Below, piece after piece: positions 28,449 to 39,764 of a stretch of 64,000 nucleotides of DNA. A program made the position numbers and the translations under genes. This stretch comes from an uncultured delta proteobacterium (GTDB taxonomy: Bacteria; Myxococcota_A; Polyangia; Fen-1088). Each line of letters begins with the position of its first letter. The first letter of the stretch is position 1. Location of the stretch: NCBI GenBank assembly GCA_963737265.1, contig CAVTRY010000016.1, forward strand, positions 288,001 to 352,000, in the 5' to 3' direction. The notes below the pieces were generated by a model. That model was not told the origin of the DNA and made no database searches. It saw only the letters and a program-made list of their open reading frames with translations.

Positions 28449-31092
28449 CTACTCGTCCACCCGGGGTCGAAGCGCATCGGTGCCAGGTGCCGCAACCACG
28501 GGCTTGGCTGGCGAGTCCTCGGACGCCGGATTCCGCCGGTTTGTTGGACGAGGATTCTTCCTTGCCCGCCTTGGCACCCGGTTCCTGATCGAGGGATGGT
28601 TCGACGGGGACCGACTCGTCCCGTTGGTCGCGTTCGCGAATATGCATCAACTGCTTTTCGTCTTCCTCCATCTCGCGCACGCTGCGGTTGATCTCCTCGA
28701 GCATGCCGCGCTTGCGGTGCGTATCGACTTCCAGCTTGTCCAAATTCGAAGTGTCATCAAGCGAGCTATAGCGCTCGATGAACTCGCGCCGTTCGCGCAG
28801 CTTCTTTTCGGCGACTCGGCGCAGATCGGAAAGGTCAGACACCACGTAGGGCGTTATGGCGATGATGATGTTGGACTTCTTCACCTCCTTGACCGCGCTG
28901 CGGAAGAAGAAGCCGAGCACGGGGATATCGCCGAGGATGGGGACCTTGGTCACATTCTCCGAAATTCGATCCGCCATGAGGCCGCCAATAACCACGGTCT
29001 GCTGATCGCGGGCCACCACCGTGGTCTTGACGGAACGCTTGGACGTAGCCGGCCCCATTCCATTGTAGTTCTGAGACTCGACGTCGGAAATCTCTTGGTC
29101 AACGTCGAGACGGATGATGTCGTGTTCGTTCACACTGGGCGTGAGCTTCAGCTTCAATTCAACCGGCTGGCGCTGCACGGAAGTAAAGGGAAGATAGCCA
29201 GCACCGCCGCCGGCCGTGGGGCCTAGCGCTGCGGTGGTCGTGCCTGGGAAGGGCAACACCTCGCCGACCGATATCTCGCCCTCCTGATTGTTCATGATCA
29301 AGATGTGCGGACTGGACAAGATGTTGACGTCGTTGTCCGTCTGCAACATCTGCAAAAAGACGCCGAACGAGGGAATACTGATGGGAAAGTTCTTGAACAG
29401 CGGGCTGTTGCCCAAACTACCGGTCGTCGGACCAAATAGCGCTGCACTGAGCCCGCCCAGGCTGTTGACGAGCGTGGTGGGATTCATGGTCTGATTGGCG
29501 TTAAAACCACCCAAGGCGAGCGACTGCTGTCCAGCGACGGTCGGAGCGGCACCGGCATGGTACGAAACCCCAATTGTGCGCGTCTTGTCGAGCAGAACTT
29601 CCATGATCACGGCATCGATAAAGACCTGTTTACGGGGCGAGTCGAGCTGCTCGATGACCTTTCTGAGCGATTGAAAGTCTTTGAAGGTGGACATGATGAG
29701 GAGCGAGTTGGTGGGCGCATCGAACGAGATGCGAATATCGCTTTCGAACAGCAGGGTGCTCGGATTCTGTTGGCCGGCGGCCGGCGCGGTTGGGGCCGCC
29801 CCTCCTCCAGTCTTGCGCCGGTTGGTCGCCAGCGAGCCCGAAATCTGCACGCCGGTAATGGCGCTCAAGGTGGCGGCCAATTCGTCGCAATTGGCGTTCG
29901 CGCAGTAATAGACATGGAATCGGCCTTCGCTGCCGCGGCCGGCTTCCTCCAGCGGCACGTCGAGCTTGTGCACCATGGCCACCAGCCAATCGTGGGCCCG
30001 GACGTTGGCCACGACGATGAGACTGTTGGTGCGCTCGTCCGGGATGAGCTTGGTGATGGTCATCTCTGTCGACAATTCGCCTGGAGGTCCGGGCTGGGGC
30101 TTGGGCTGTGCCGGCGTGGCGCCGCCCTGGCGCCGCTGCCCCGTGCCCAGCGACTGCACGGGAACGATTTCGGCAATACGCGAGGCCATGTCGAGCACCG
30201 ACATGTTCTTGACCCGGATAACCCAGATGTGGTCGCGCGTGTTCGACGGCGTGTCGAACTGACGGACGACCTCGACCATGCGATCGATGTTGTCCGCCTG
30301 ATCCGTGATGATGAGCGACGAGCGGTAGGCGATGATGTCGCCTGTCTCGCCTTTGAGACGGTTGAGCACGTTGTTGGTCAGATCGAGCGCGTCGAGATAC
30401 TGCACGCGCACCAGCTTGGTCACGAAGCGACGGTCGTTCGGCGTCTTCTGGTTGGGCCCGATGAGCGGCAGCGGTGCGAAGCGCGCCTTCGCGTTCTCGA
30501 CCACGCGCAGGAACTTTCCCGTCGGCTCAACCGTCAGCCCGAGCGAATCGAGCGCGGAAAAAAACAGACGGTACGCTTCCTCGGGGGTGATGAGCTCGGG
30601 CGAGATGATAGTGAGTTTCTTGCCCTGGACCGGCACCGAAACGATGAACTGCGCGCACGTGATGCTGGAAATCCAGCCGATGAGATCCATGACCTCGGTG
30701 TCGGGCTTGAGGTTGAGGCGAACGATGCGCTTGCCGGCTGGCAGCTTCTTGCAGGAGTTGAATTCCCTCTCGCCAGGGATCTCCGTGACGCCGCCGGCCG
30801 CCGCCGGATCGCCCGGCGCCTTGGCGGCCTTGGCGGCAGCCCTCGGATCCACTTTGGCTGACGGTGGCGGCACTGGAGCCGTGGGGTCGATGCGCGCGCC
30901 CCGAAGCGCTCCGAGTGCGTTGCCTCGCCGGGGTGCCGGTCGCAAGCCGGGCAAAGATGGCGAGCCGGCCGCTGGCGGAGTTGCTGGCGCCTGAGCCCAA
31001 GCCCGCGATCCCAGGGCAGTGAAGACTACCAGGTATGGAACTGGGGTTGCTAAGAAAAGACGCTTCATCGCAAGTCTCATCGGATGTCTCAT
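28449..31092 (-). CDS. gspD: Type II secretion secretin D (apparent 1-nt insertion near 28530)
   Basis: Secretin motifs DERTNSLIV, QVFIDAVIMEV, KVPILGDIPVLGFFF; as written the ORF runs to 28249, deep into gspE; removing one base gives ...PASEDSPAKPVVAAPGTDALRPRVDE* ending 28449. Confidence 0.88.
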
Positions 31093-32006
31093 CGGATGTT
31101 GTATTCCTTCGTGATTTGCTGGCCGTTCCGCTCCATGCCGAGGGAGAGGTGACTGGCCGACTTGAGCTTGGCGTAGACCTCCAGCGCCTTTTCCGGGCTC
31201 GTGATTTCAAGCCCGTTGATGGAGGAGATGATGTCGCCGTTCTGCATACCGATCATGGCGAAGGGCCCCTCGGGACGAACCGCGAACAAGCGGAAGCCGG
31301 CGGCCTTGCCGTCCTTCATTTCGGGAACGATGCGCGCCGAGCGCGACAAGAGCGCCATATTGCCGAGCACCGATTCAAGCGTGCCGCGCTGAAGCTCGTA
31401 CTTGTGTTCGGCCAGTTTCTTGATACCGCGGGCGAGCTCCTGCGAAAATGGATCCTCGGGCTTGACCACCACAGCCGCCTTGTCCGGAGGAAGGGGCGGC
31501 GCTTCGAACAGGTCGATGTATTCGGCCTTGCCCGCGTTGTCGAGATAGACACGCGTTTGGAGGATTCCCGTGACGGTGGCGTCGTGGATCTTGCTGCCCA
31601 CCGGATACGCTCCCATGGTCTTGTACTCGGTATCGCGCATCACCGCGACGGACCACTTGATGCCGTTGGGCGGCGGCGCGTACATGATGGCCAGCAAGGC
31701 GATGGGCAGGGCCGTTTTCACTTCAACTTCGGTGGTGGTTTCGGTGCCGGTCGGAATGTCCTCGTCGAGAATGGGCGGGCAGGTCGAACAAAAGATGTTG
31801 CGCCTGAGAATTGCCCGGGGATCCTTGTTGAAAGCCGGTTTGCTGTCCGTCTTCGGCGGCTTGGCCGGCGCCAGACGCACCGTGGCGGGCGTGCTCGCAA
31901 GCTTCGATTCCACGGCTCCAGACGCGGCCATGCCAAGAAAGGTCGCGCAAAGAGCGACCACGACAAGGTCTACAGCCCAGAGATATTTTCGCAGCAGGGT
32001 TTCCAC
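31089..32006 (-). CDS. gspC: Type II secretion protein C (PDZ domain)
   Basis: N-terminal TM, RNIF motif, C-terminal PDZ (GFRLFAVRP...GMQNGDIISSING); first gene of the operon. Confidence 0.88.
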   Translation of the reverse strand: METLLRKYLWAVDLVVVALCATFLGMAASGAVESKLASTPATVRLAPAKPPKTDSKPAFNKDPRAILRRNIFCSTCPPILDEDIPTGTETTTEVEVKTALPIALLAIMYAPPPNGIKWSVAVMRDTEYKTMGAYPVGSKIHDATVTGILQTRVYLDNAGKAEYIDLFEAPPLPPDKAAVVVKPEDPFSQELARGIKKLAEHKYELQRGTLESVLGNMALLSRSARIVPEMKDGKAAGFRLFAVRPEGPFAMIGMQNGDIISSINGLEITSPEKALEVYAKLKSASHLSLGMERNGQQITKEYNIR

Positions 32007-32023
32007 GGCCTAGCCCTCGCAAG

Positions 32024-32039
32024 AGCAACACCGGGGCCA
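32024..32039 (-). promoter_or_regulatory. Candidate sigma54 -24/-12 promoter of the gsp operon
   Basis: Minus strand TGGCCCCGGTGTTGCT with correct GG-N10-GC spacing, just upstream of gspC. Confidence 0.55.
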
Positions 32040-32119
32040 GATCCATGCCGCGGCAAACGTAGCTATTTCAATAGGTTAGCATCAGACCGCGATCGGTTCT
32101 TCTGCCAATTTGGCACGGC

Positions 32120-33592
32120 CTAGACGGTAGGCTCGCCAGCTGCGGAATCGGCCTCGTCACTCGCCGAACGATCTTCGTCGGCCAAAACGCCATCCCGGTC
32201 TTCTTCGAGCCGCCGGTAAATGGTTCGGGTGGCGATGCCTAGAAGCTGAGCGCATAGACGTTTGTCACCGCCCACATGGTTCAACGTGGAATGAATCACA
32301 CGACGTTCGATCTCGGCCAAGGGCGTGCCGATGGCGAACGTGACGCTCTTGGCGTCGCTCGCGCTGCCCACCCCCGTGCGCACCTCGACCGGCAAATCGT
32401 CCAGCTCGACCGCGCCTCCGCGCGACAGGACCACCGCGCGCTCGATGGTATTCTCCAGCTCGCGCACGTTGCCCGGCCATTCGTAGCGCATCAAGGCCTC
32501 GGCCGCCGGCCGAGCGAAACCGGACAGGTGACGGCCGTTGCGTTCGCAGAAGAGACGCAGGAAGTGCTCCGCCAGCAAGGGAATGTCGTCGCGGCGTTCG
32601 CGCAAAGGTGGCATGCGCAAGGCAATGACGTTGAGACGGTAGAAGAGATCTTCGCGGAAGCGACCTTCTTTGACGGCGGCGCGTAGGTCCTGATTGGTGG
32701 CCGAAACCAAGCGCAAATCGACCTTCGTCGTGCGTCCGCCCAAGCGCTCGACCTCGCCTTCTTGCAGGACACGCAGCAGCTTCACCTGAACGTGGATGGG
32801 GATCTCGCCGATTTCGTCGAGAAAAAGAGTCCCGCCGTCGGCTTGCAGAAAGCGGCCGTCGTGGCGCTGCACCGCGCCCGTGAACGCCCCGCGCTCGTAG
32901 CCGAACAGCTCGGCTTCCAGAATAGTCTCTGGCAAGGCCGCGCAGTTCACCGGCACGAACGGCCCCGACGGACGTTGCGACGAGCGATGAATGGCCCGCG
33001 CAATGAGCTCTTTTCCGGTGCCGGATTCCCCGAGCAGAAGAACGGTGGCCATCGACGGCGCCGCCTGTGCCACGGTCTCCATCAGCCGGCGCCAAGGCAG
33101 CGACTGGCCGACGATAGCCTTGTGCCGCTCGGCCTCAAGCTGGGCGCGCAGCGACCGGTTTTCCTGTACCAGGTTGCGCTTCTCGAGCGCTTTGGTCACT
33201 GCGCGCACGACGGAAGCACGTTTGAGCGGCTTGGTGACGAAGTCGTAGGCGCCGTGCCTCATAGCGTCCACCGCGTTTTCCACGGTCCCGTACGCGGTCA
33301 TTAGAATGGTCTCGGTCTCGGGCGAGACGCTGCGACTGGCTTTGAGCAAGTCAAGGCCAGACATTCCAGGCATCACCAAGTCGGTGAGCAAGACGGACAC
33401 TGGCTCGTGCCGCAAAAGATCGAGAGCCTCGGCGCCGCTCTTGGCCGTCAGAACCCGCAGCGATTCCTTTTCAAAGATCTTGGCAAGGGGCTCCACGATT
33501 CCGGGTTCGTCATCCACGACAAGAATGGTTGGCAAAGGCCGCCCCGCGGCTTGCGCCGCCTGTGTACTATCGCCTCCTTCGTCTTTAGTCAC
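32120..33592 (-). CDS. NtrC-family sigma54-dependent response regulator
   Basis: Receiver (LVVDDE, TDLVMPG), AAA+ (GESGTGKE, GAFTGA, LFLDEIGE, FREDLFYRL, WPGNVREL), Fis-type HTH. Confidence 0.95.
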   Translation of the reverse strand: MTKDEGGDSTQAAQAAGRPLPTILVVDDEPGIVEPLAKIFEKESLRVLTAKSGAEALDLLRHEPVSVLLTDLVMPGMSGLDLLKASRSVSPETETILMTAYGTVENAVDAMRHGAYDFVTKPLKRASVVRAVTKALEKRNLVQENRSLRAQLEAERHKAIVGQSLPWRRLMETVAQAAPSMATVLLLGESGTGKELIARAIHRSSQRPSGPFVPVNCAALPETILEAELFGYERGAFTGAVQRHDGRFLQADGGTLFLDEIGEIPIHVQVKLLRVLQEGEVERLGGRTTKVDLRLVSATNQDLRAAVKEGRFREDLFYRLNVIALRMPPLRERRDDIPLLAEHFLRLFCERNGRHLSGFARPAAEALMRYEWPGNVRELENTIERAVVLSRGGAVELDDLPVEVRTGVGSASDAKSVTFAIGTPLAEIERRVIHSTLNHVGGDKRLCAQLLGIATRTIYRRLEEDRDGVLADEDRSASDEADSAAGEPTV

Positions 33593-33728
33593 TCCGCGTA
33601 CCTATCTCAACCTCGATACTTCAACCTTGATGCCAACCCAACGGGCGCAGGCTTCTTGGCTCAACCCTCCGTAATCATTCGATCTGGCAGGTAGAAGGAC
33701 GCGACTAGACATCACGAGTTTGCCATTA

Positions 33729-33745
33729 TGGCACGGACCATGCCG
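33729..33745. promoter_or_regulatory. Quasi-palindromic sigma54-like box upstream of the NtrC gene
   Basis: Plus strand TGGCACGGACCATGC and minus strand CGGCATGGTCCGTGC both fit GG-N10-GC. Confidence 0.35.
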
Positions 33746-33775
33746 AATTGCTTACGGGATTGACAACATGACAAG

Positions 33776-36215
33776 CTACTGCACGGTCAGGTCAGCTTGA
33801 GCCCGCACGTCGGCGGATGAGCTTCCCACCATGATGTGAACCGTGCCGGGCTGGACCTTGAATGCCTTGCCGTTGGTGTCCCAGTAGGCGAGCTGGCTGT
33901 AGTTGAGCGGCAGCGACACGGTCTGTTTCGCCCCGGCCGCCAGGTTGATACGCTTGAATCCTTGCAGTTGCTTGGTCGGCCTGGGCACGCCCGTCGTGGT
34001 CGGATAGCTCACGTAAAGCTCAACCACCTCGTCGCCAGCGCGCGTGCCGCTGTTGGTGACATCCACGCTGACCGTGACCTGCTGGCCTTGGGAAAGCGTG
34101 GGCGCGCTCAGGCTCGCCGTGGTCGAATAGGTGAAGGTCGTGTAGCTTAGGCCAAATCCAAACGGATAAAGAGGCAACCCTGTGAAATACATATAGGTGC
34201 GGCCCTTGCGAATGTCGTAATCCGTCTTGGCCGGGAGATCGGTCAAGGCCTTGTACCAGGTCACTGACGTCCGGCCACCGGGGTTGTAGGCGCCGAACAG
34301 CACGTCGGCCAGTCCATTGCCCAGCTCTTGGCTGGAATGGGTGATGTGAACGATGGCCGGCACGCTGGCTTGAACCTGGGTGATGGCCTGCATGAAGCTC
34401 GAACATCAACACGACGATGGTGCGCTTGTTGACCGCAAGAACTTGCTGGATGAGTGTCCCTTGCTCGGGCTTGAGATCGATAGCGCCGCGATCCACGGCT
34501 TCCTTGCTGTCGTAGATGCTCGGGCAGTCTTCCCAGGCGGTGGTGCCGCAAATCGGATTGTTCCCGACCACCACAATGGCCGCGTCCGAGCTGGCCGCGA
34601 TGGTGGCGGCCTGGCCCGTGCTGTTGTCGAGGGCATAGCGCACGTTCACGCTGGTACCGACCGCCGCTTTGATCCCGGCCAGCGCGGTAACCGTGTAGGG
34701 CGGCTTGCCGCCGTACCAATCCGAAATATCCACGTCGGCATTGGGGCCTATGACAGCAAGGGACTTCAACGTGGTCTCGTCGAGCGGCAGGGTGTTACCG
34801 TCGTTCTTGAGCAACACAATCGACTCCTGCGTCACCTTGCGCGCCAGCGCCTTGGCCGTGTCGCTGGTCCACGGCGTCGAGCTTCCGTCGACTGTCGAGT
34901 ACGGAATTTGCCCCGCCGGATCGAACTCGCCGAGGCGAAAGCGCATACGAAAGTTCCCGCGGAGTGCGGCGTCCATGTCGGCGGTGACGAGCTTCTTGTC
35001 CGTGTAGGCTTGTTGCATGGCCGTGGCATCGCCGGCCAAGATGACGGCGGTGCCAGCCTTGACCGTGCCCGCGGCAGCATCTTCCACGGTCGGGAAGTAT
35101 TTGTAGCTGGTCGATGCCGCTTGCATCGCGCCCGCGTCCGTGCAGATCATGCCGTCGAAGCCCCACTCGCCGATTACCGTGCTCTTGATGACCGGCGAAA
35201 CGACGGCCGGAACGCCGTTGACGGCATTGTAGGACGTCATGAAGGACTGCCCCTTGGCGTTTATCAGCGTCTCGTAGAAGGGAACCAGGTAATACTCGCG
35301 CAGGTTCCTGTCATCGACGATGACGTTGTTGTCGCCGCGGTTTTGCTCCTGATTGTAGACAAAGAAGTGCTTCATAGTCGCGGCTTCATGCACGTAGGTC
35401 GGATCGCTTCCTTGCAGGCCACGCACGAGCGCCTTGGCCAGCGCGCCGACCAGATAGGGATCCTCGCCCAGACTTTCCTCGGCACGGCCGGCGCGCGGAT
35501 CTCGCGACAGATCCACCACTGGCGCGCGCAGAACCAGGCCGGAGTGTGTCCCGTTGTACTTCTTGTTGTAGACGCGGGCTTCGTTTGCGACCTGAGCGAA
35601 AGCTTGGGTGAGCAAATCGGGATCCCAGGTCTCGCCCAATCCCGACGCCTGCGGGAACTGCGTCGATAAAATGGCCGACTCGTTGGCGGCCCAGCCGAGC
35701 CCGTGGAGGCCTTCGGTGAAAGTCGTGAACGCAGCGATTCCCAGTCGGGAGATGGCGGGTTGGTACTCGGTGAGCAGCGACACCTTCTCTTGATCGGTGA
35801 GCAGGCTCAAGAGATTGGTCACGCGATCCTCAAGAGGAAGGCAAGGATTTAGGAACGGATAGGGATAGGTGGCCGTACCTACACAGCTAGGCGCGGACGA
35901 TCCGCCCGCGCCGTTCACGCTACCTCCACTTGTGCCGCCAGCGCCGAGTGCCGCACCGCCAGCCGCCGGCGTGCCGCCAGCAGCTCTGCCGCCAGCTGGG
36001 TTGCCACCTGAACCCGACGATCCGCCGAACGATCTACCGCCCGTCGCCGATGAGTCGCCGCCGCCGGCGGCGCCGCTGCCACCGGCCGGCGCGTTCTGGC
36101 CCAAGCCGCCGCCGCCGCCAGCACCACCCGTGGCCTTGGTCGTGCCGCCCGAACAACCGAGGCCAGCGAGGACGAGCCCAGACAATAGAATCAAACGAGC
36201 CGACTGCTTACGCAT
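33776..36215 (-). CDS. GH3 beta-glucosidase/xylosidase lipoprotein with Fn3-like C-domain (frameshift at ~34402)
   Basis: Lipobox LAGLG|C, Gly-rich linker, EGLHG, RDPRAGRAEESLGEDP, KHF, ICTD nucleophile, IVLLKND; continues in a second frame NPGGRT, YPFGFGLSYTTF, KQLQGFKRI. Confidence 0.88.
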
Positions 36216-36330
36216 TCATATCCTACAACTGCTGGGGAACCCGGCGTCCCGACCAGTGTTGCAATGTTCCAATGTTAAACGATGGCTGGAAGCTTCTATG
36301 GGAGCCGAACCGCGCGAGCTCGTCTCGCGC

Positions 36331-37200
36331 CTACGCTTCCGGCACGACGTCGACGGCTACGTGCAGGTCGTGGCGGCCGCCGCCGAGGATCACGCCGCGC
36401 AGGGGGGTGACGTCGCCGAAGTCGCGGCCGATGCCGAGGGTGATGTGGCGATTCCCGACCACGGTATTGTTGGTGGGATCGAGATCCACGAAACCGAAGC
36501 GCGGCGAAAAAACCGAAAGCCAGGCATGCGAGGCGTCGGCGCCCACCAGGCGGGGCTGGCCGGGCGGCGGCGCGGTGACCAGGTAGCCACTCACGTAGCG
36601 CGCGGAAAGGCCGAGACCGCGCAGGCAGGCAATCATCAGGTGGGAGAAATCTTGGCAAACGCCGCGGCGTTTGCTGAAGACCTCGTCGAGCGGAGTGGCG
36701 ATGGTGGTAGCGCGCGGGTCGTAGGTAAAGTCGGCGTGCAGCCGCGCCATGAGCGCAAGACAACTCCGGAGCATGGGCCGTCCGAGGGCAAAGGCATCGC
36801 GGGCGTAGGCGCGCAGTTCCGGCCAAGGAACGACAAACGGGGACGGGAAGGCCATCTCTTGCGCGTGCAGGTCGGCGCGCCCTTGGGCGACTTCGGCCGC
36901 GGCTTCCTCCCACGCCACATCGTCGTCGGCCGAAATCGCGCCTGGCGAGGCCACCACGACGCGACTTTGCGCGACCACGGTGAGGGTCGAATGCGCGACC
37001 GCAAGCACGAGGTGCGTAGCGCGATTGCCGAAGTAGTCCACGCGCTCCTGGCACACGCTGGGCGTGGGGCTGATTTCGAGACCCGACGACAAGCAGCGTT
37101 GGTGGGCCAGATCGCGCGGCAAGAGGTGCAAGTCGTGCTGTGAATTGGTGACGTTCTCGGCGTAGCGATAGCGGGTCACGTGGCGAATGAGGTACTTCAC
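36331..37200 (-). CDS. Transglutaminase-like protein (Bact_transglu_N + core)
   Basis: KYLIRHVTRYRY; triad GVCQDF / ASHAW / DLDPTN; GRDFGDVTPLRG; GTGA overlap with the upstream gene. Confidence 0.9.
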   Translation of the reverse strand: MKYLIRHVTRYRYAENVTNSQHDLHLLPRDLAHQRCLSSGLEISPTPSVCQERVDYFGNRATHLVLAVAHSTLTVVAQSRVVVASPGAISADDDVAWEEAAAEVAQGRADLHAQEMAFPSPFVVPWPELRAYARDAFALGRPMLRSCLALMARLHADFTYDPRATTIATPLDEVFSKRRGVCQDFSHLMIACLRGLGLSARYVSGYLVTAPPPGQPRLVGADASHAWLSVFSPRFGFVDLDPTNNTVVGNRHITLGIGRDFGDVTPLRGVILGGGRHDLHVAVDVVPEA

Positions 37201-39740
37201 CCCGCGCTCCCCTTGGCCAGATCCTCGGCCAGCGGGCGCGCCATGAGCGCGTGGTTGAGGTAGCCGCCGCATAGCTGCTCCGAGAGCAAGGTGAGGTCGG
37301 CTTCGATGTCGCCCAGAATGGCGTGGATCGCGGGACGCTCGCCATCGCCACGCGGCTGGCAGACTGGAATCACGTCGAGCAATTGCAGGCGCGTGAGCGC
37401 GCCCAGGGCGAGGCGCTCTTCCGGCCGCAGGCGCGCCTGGGTGGCCTCGCGAGGCAAGACGAGCAAGTGATCGCGCAGGGCCGCGATCTGAAACAACACC
37501 GCGCGCGGATTGCTGTCGTCGACCAACAATAGGTCGACCACGGCGGCCGGGTGCAGGCCGGCCAAATAGCGGCGCCGGTAGGTGATGCTGCTGTCGGCGA
37601 CGGCAAGCAGGGTCTCCAAGAGCGCGCCATCGCTTTCCGCGCCCGAGGCAAAGGCCGCGCGCAACAGCGACAGCAGTTGCAAGGCGCGTTCGAGGCGGCG
37701 TCCCATGTCGAGGAAACGCCAGCCATGGCCGCGGGTCATGCTTTCCATGGCCAGGCCGGAAAGGGCCGACAGGCTGCTGATGACCCGATCGAGAAACGCG
37801 GTCAGCGTGCCGAGCGAGTGATGCTCGGCCAGGCCCTCGGCGCGCAGGGTCTCGTCGCCGAGGGCGCCCAGCACGCGAAAGGTGTCGGCGGACAGACGAT
37901 CGCGAACCGCCGCCGCCGAACGCACCGCCGCGCGCAGGGTGTTGTGCAGCGATCCCGCCGGCACCGACGAACAGAGGGCGCGCGCCAGCCACGCCATCGG
38001 CGGCGTGGAGGTCACGGGCTCGCTCTCGGTGGCGGTGGCGAGCACGTCGAACAAGGTTGTCAAGGCCGGCGACAGCGGCGACGTGATGTCGGCGCCGCCC
38101 ACGTCGGCCAGCCGCCCAAGCAGGTGGCGCGCCAGCCGAGCCATGGCCTCGGCCCGCTCGGCGTAGCGGCCGAGCCAGAAGAGATTGTCGGCGCTGCGGC
38201 TCGGCAAATCGGCGCCTCCGCGCGACAGCTCGACGGAAAGGGTCGCGGGCGGAAGCAGGCTGAAGTGGCCGACCGGTCGTTCGCTGCGGACCCACAGATC
38301 CTTGGCCAACGCGCCTTGGACCGCGGCGATGACCGGATCGCGCGCGTCGGCCGCGGCTAGCGACAGCCCACCCGGCATGACCAGGTAGTCTTCCCCGGCA
38401 AAGACCGCGTAGCCGCGCACCACGAAGGAACGCGGCACGAGATCGGTTCCCGCCAACACCGGCGCGCATGCGGGTACGAGGTATTCTTGGGCGACGAAAG
38501 ACTCGGGACTGGCACGCAAGCGCGACAGGAAGGTCGCGCGAGCCTCGCCACGCAATTGTTCGCCGACCACCAGGGACGGGCCGGCCCCCGGCCACGCCGG
38601 CCGAATCATCATGCCGTCGAGGTGAGCCTCCACATGCGACAGGGCCGCGGGCTCGCCACACCAGAACGAAGGCGCGCTGGCGAGGCGCAAGTCGTCGCCG
38701 AGGAACAGGCGCGCAATCTTGGGCAGGAAGGGCAGGAACGCGGGCGACTGCAAAAGCCCGGTGCCGAGCGCGTTAGCCACCGCCACCTGACCAGCGCGTA
38801 CCGCCTCGATGAGCCCGGGCACACCGAGGCTGGAATCGGGGCGCAGCTCGAGCGGATCGCAATAGTCGTCCTCGGGCTGGCGAAAGATCACGTCCACCGG
38901 GGAGAGCCCGCCCAGGGTTTTGAGGAACACGCGCCGGTCGCGCACGGTGAGGTCGCCGCCTTCGACCAAGGGATAGCCGAGGTATTGGGCCAAGAAGGCC
39001 TGCTCGAAGTAAGTGGGACTCCATGCCCCCGAGCTTTGCAAGACGATGTGCGGGTTCTCGCGCGCGACTGGTACGAGCGAGGCCAGGGTCTCGCGCAGGG
39101 TGCGGAAGAAGGGCGCCAGGCGCTCGACGTTGCTCTTGCGAAACGGCTCTTCCAGGGCCTGCGACATGACCAGACGATTTTCAAGCGCGTAGCCCGCGCC
39201 GGTGGGCGCCTGCGTGCGATCGCGCAGAACGCGGAAGGAACCCGCCCGCGTGCGAACCACGTCGGCGGCGTAGAGGTGAATGTGGCGTGCAAGGCCAAGA
39301 CCGTGACAAGGGCGCAGGAAGGTCGGGTTGCCGAGAACCAAACGAGCCGGCAACAATCCCTCGCGCAGAAGCCGTTGCGGGCCGTAGAGATCGGCCAGCA
39401 CCATTTCCAGCAGGCGCGCGCGCTGGGCGAGCCCGGTCGCTAGCTCGGCAAACTCGCCGGGGTCGAGCAGCGAGGGTATGGGATCGAGGTTCCACGTTCG
39501 CTCGCCTGCTTGCCTGTCCCCCGGAGCGCTGTAGCTGACGCCGTGATCGCGAACCAGCTGGCGCACTTGTTCGGCGCGCTGGCGCAGCCCCGCGACGCCA
39601 AGACCGTCGAGAAAATCGGTCAAGGTCCGGGCCGGCGGGCGCACCTGGCCGGCTTCGTCGACAAACTCGTCCCAGCGCCCCGCCGGGGGACGGTAGTGAA
39701 CGAAAAATGGACTTGCGGGCGGCGGGGTGACTTCCTGCAT
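37197..39740 (-). CDS. Circularly permuted type-2 ATP-grasp fused to alpha-E domain
   Basis: LDPIP, QRARLLEMVLADLYG, QAPTGAGYALENR, DPLELRPDSSLGVPGL, VMPGGL, KDLWV; alpha-E LPSRSADNLFWLGRYAERAE, GRRLER. Confidence 0.9.
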   Translation of the reverse strand: MQEVTPPPASPFFVHYRPPAGRWDEFVDEAGQVRPPARTLTDFLDGLGVAGLRQRAEQVRQLVRDHGVSYSAPGDRQAGERTWNLDPIPSLLDPGEFAELATGLAQRARLLEMVLADLYGPQRLLREGLLPARLVLGNPTFLRPCHGLGLARHIHLYAADVVRTRAGSFRVLRDRTQAPTGAGYALENRLVMSQALEEPFRKSNVERLAPFFRTLRETLASLVPVARENPHIVLQSSGAWSPTYFEQAFLAQYLGYPLVEGGDLTVRDRRVFLKTLGGLSPVDVIFRQPEDDYCDPLELRPDSSLGVPGLIEAVRAGQVAVANALGTGLLQSPAFLPFLPKIARLFLGDDLRLASAPSFWCGEPAALSHVEAHLDGMMIRPAWPGAGPSLVVGEQLRGEARATFLSRLRASPESFVAQEYLVPACAPVLAGTDLVPRSFVVRGYAVFAGEDYLVMPGGLSLAAADARDPVIAAVQGALAKDLWVRSERPVGHFSLLPPATLSVELSRGGADLPSRSADNLFWLGRYAERAEAMARLARHLLGRLADVGGADITSPLSPALTTLFDVLATATESEPVTSTPPMAWLARALCSSVPAGSLHNTLRAAVRSAAAVRDRLSADTFRVLGALGDETLRAEGLAEHHSLGTLTAFLDRVISSLSALSGLAMESMTRGHGWRFLDMGRRLERALQLLSLLRAAFASGAESDGALLETLLAVADSSITYRRRYLAGLHPAAVVDLLLVDDSNPRAVLFQIAALRDHLLVLPREATQARLRPEERLALGALTRLQLLDVIPVCQPRGDGERPAIHAILGDIEADLTLLSEQLCGGYLNHALMARPLAEDLAKGSAG

Positions 39741-39764
39741 GCAGTTACGTCTCGCTGAACCACC

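Noticed and set aside
17828-32006. gsp operon as a type IV or Tad pilus cluster, or incomplete for lack of a prepilin peptidase
   Set aside because: Gene order C-N and motifs are canonical T2SS; the peptidase is commonly encoded elsewhere
37201-38661. N-terminal extension of the 776-aa ORF 36331-38661
   Set aside because: Overlaps the ATP-grasp/alpha-E gene in another frame; the real start is the GTG at 37200
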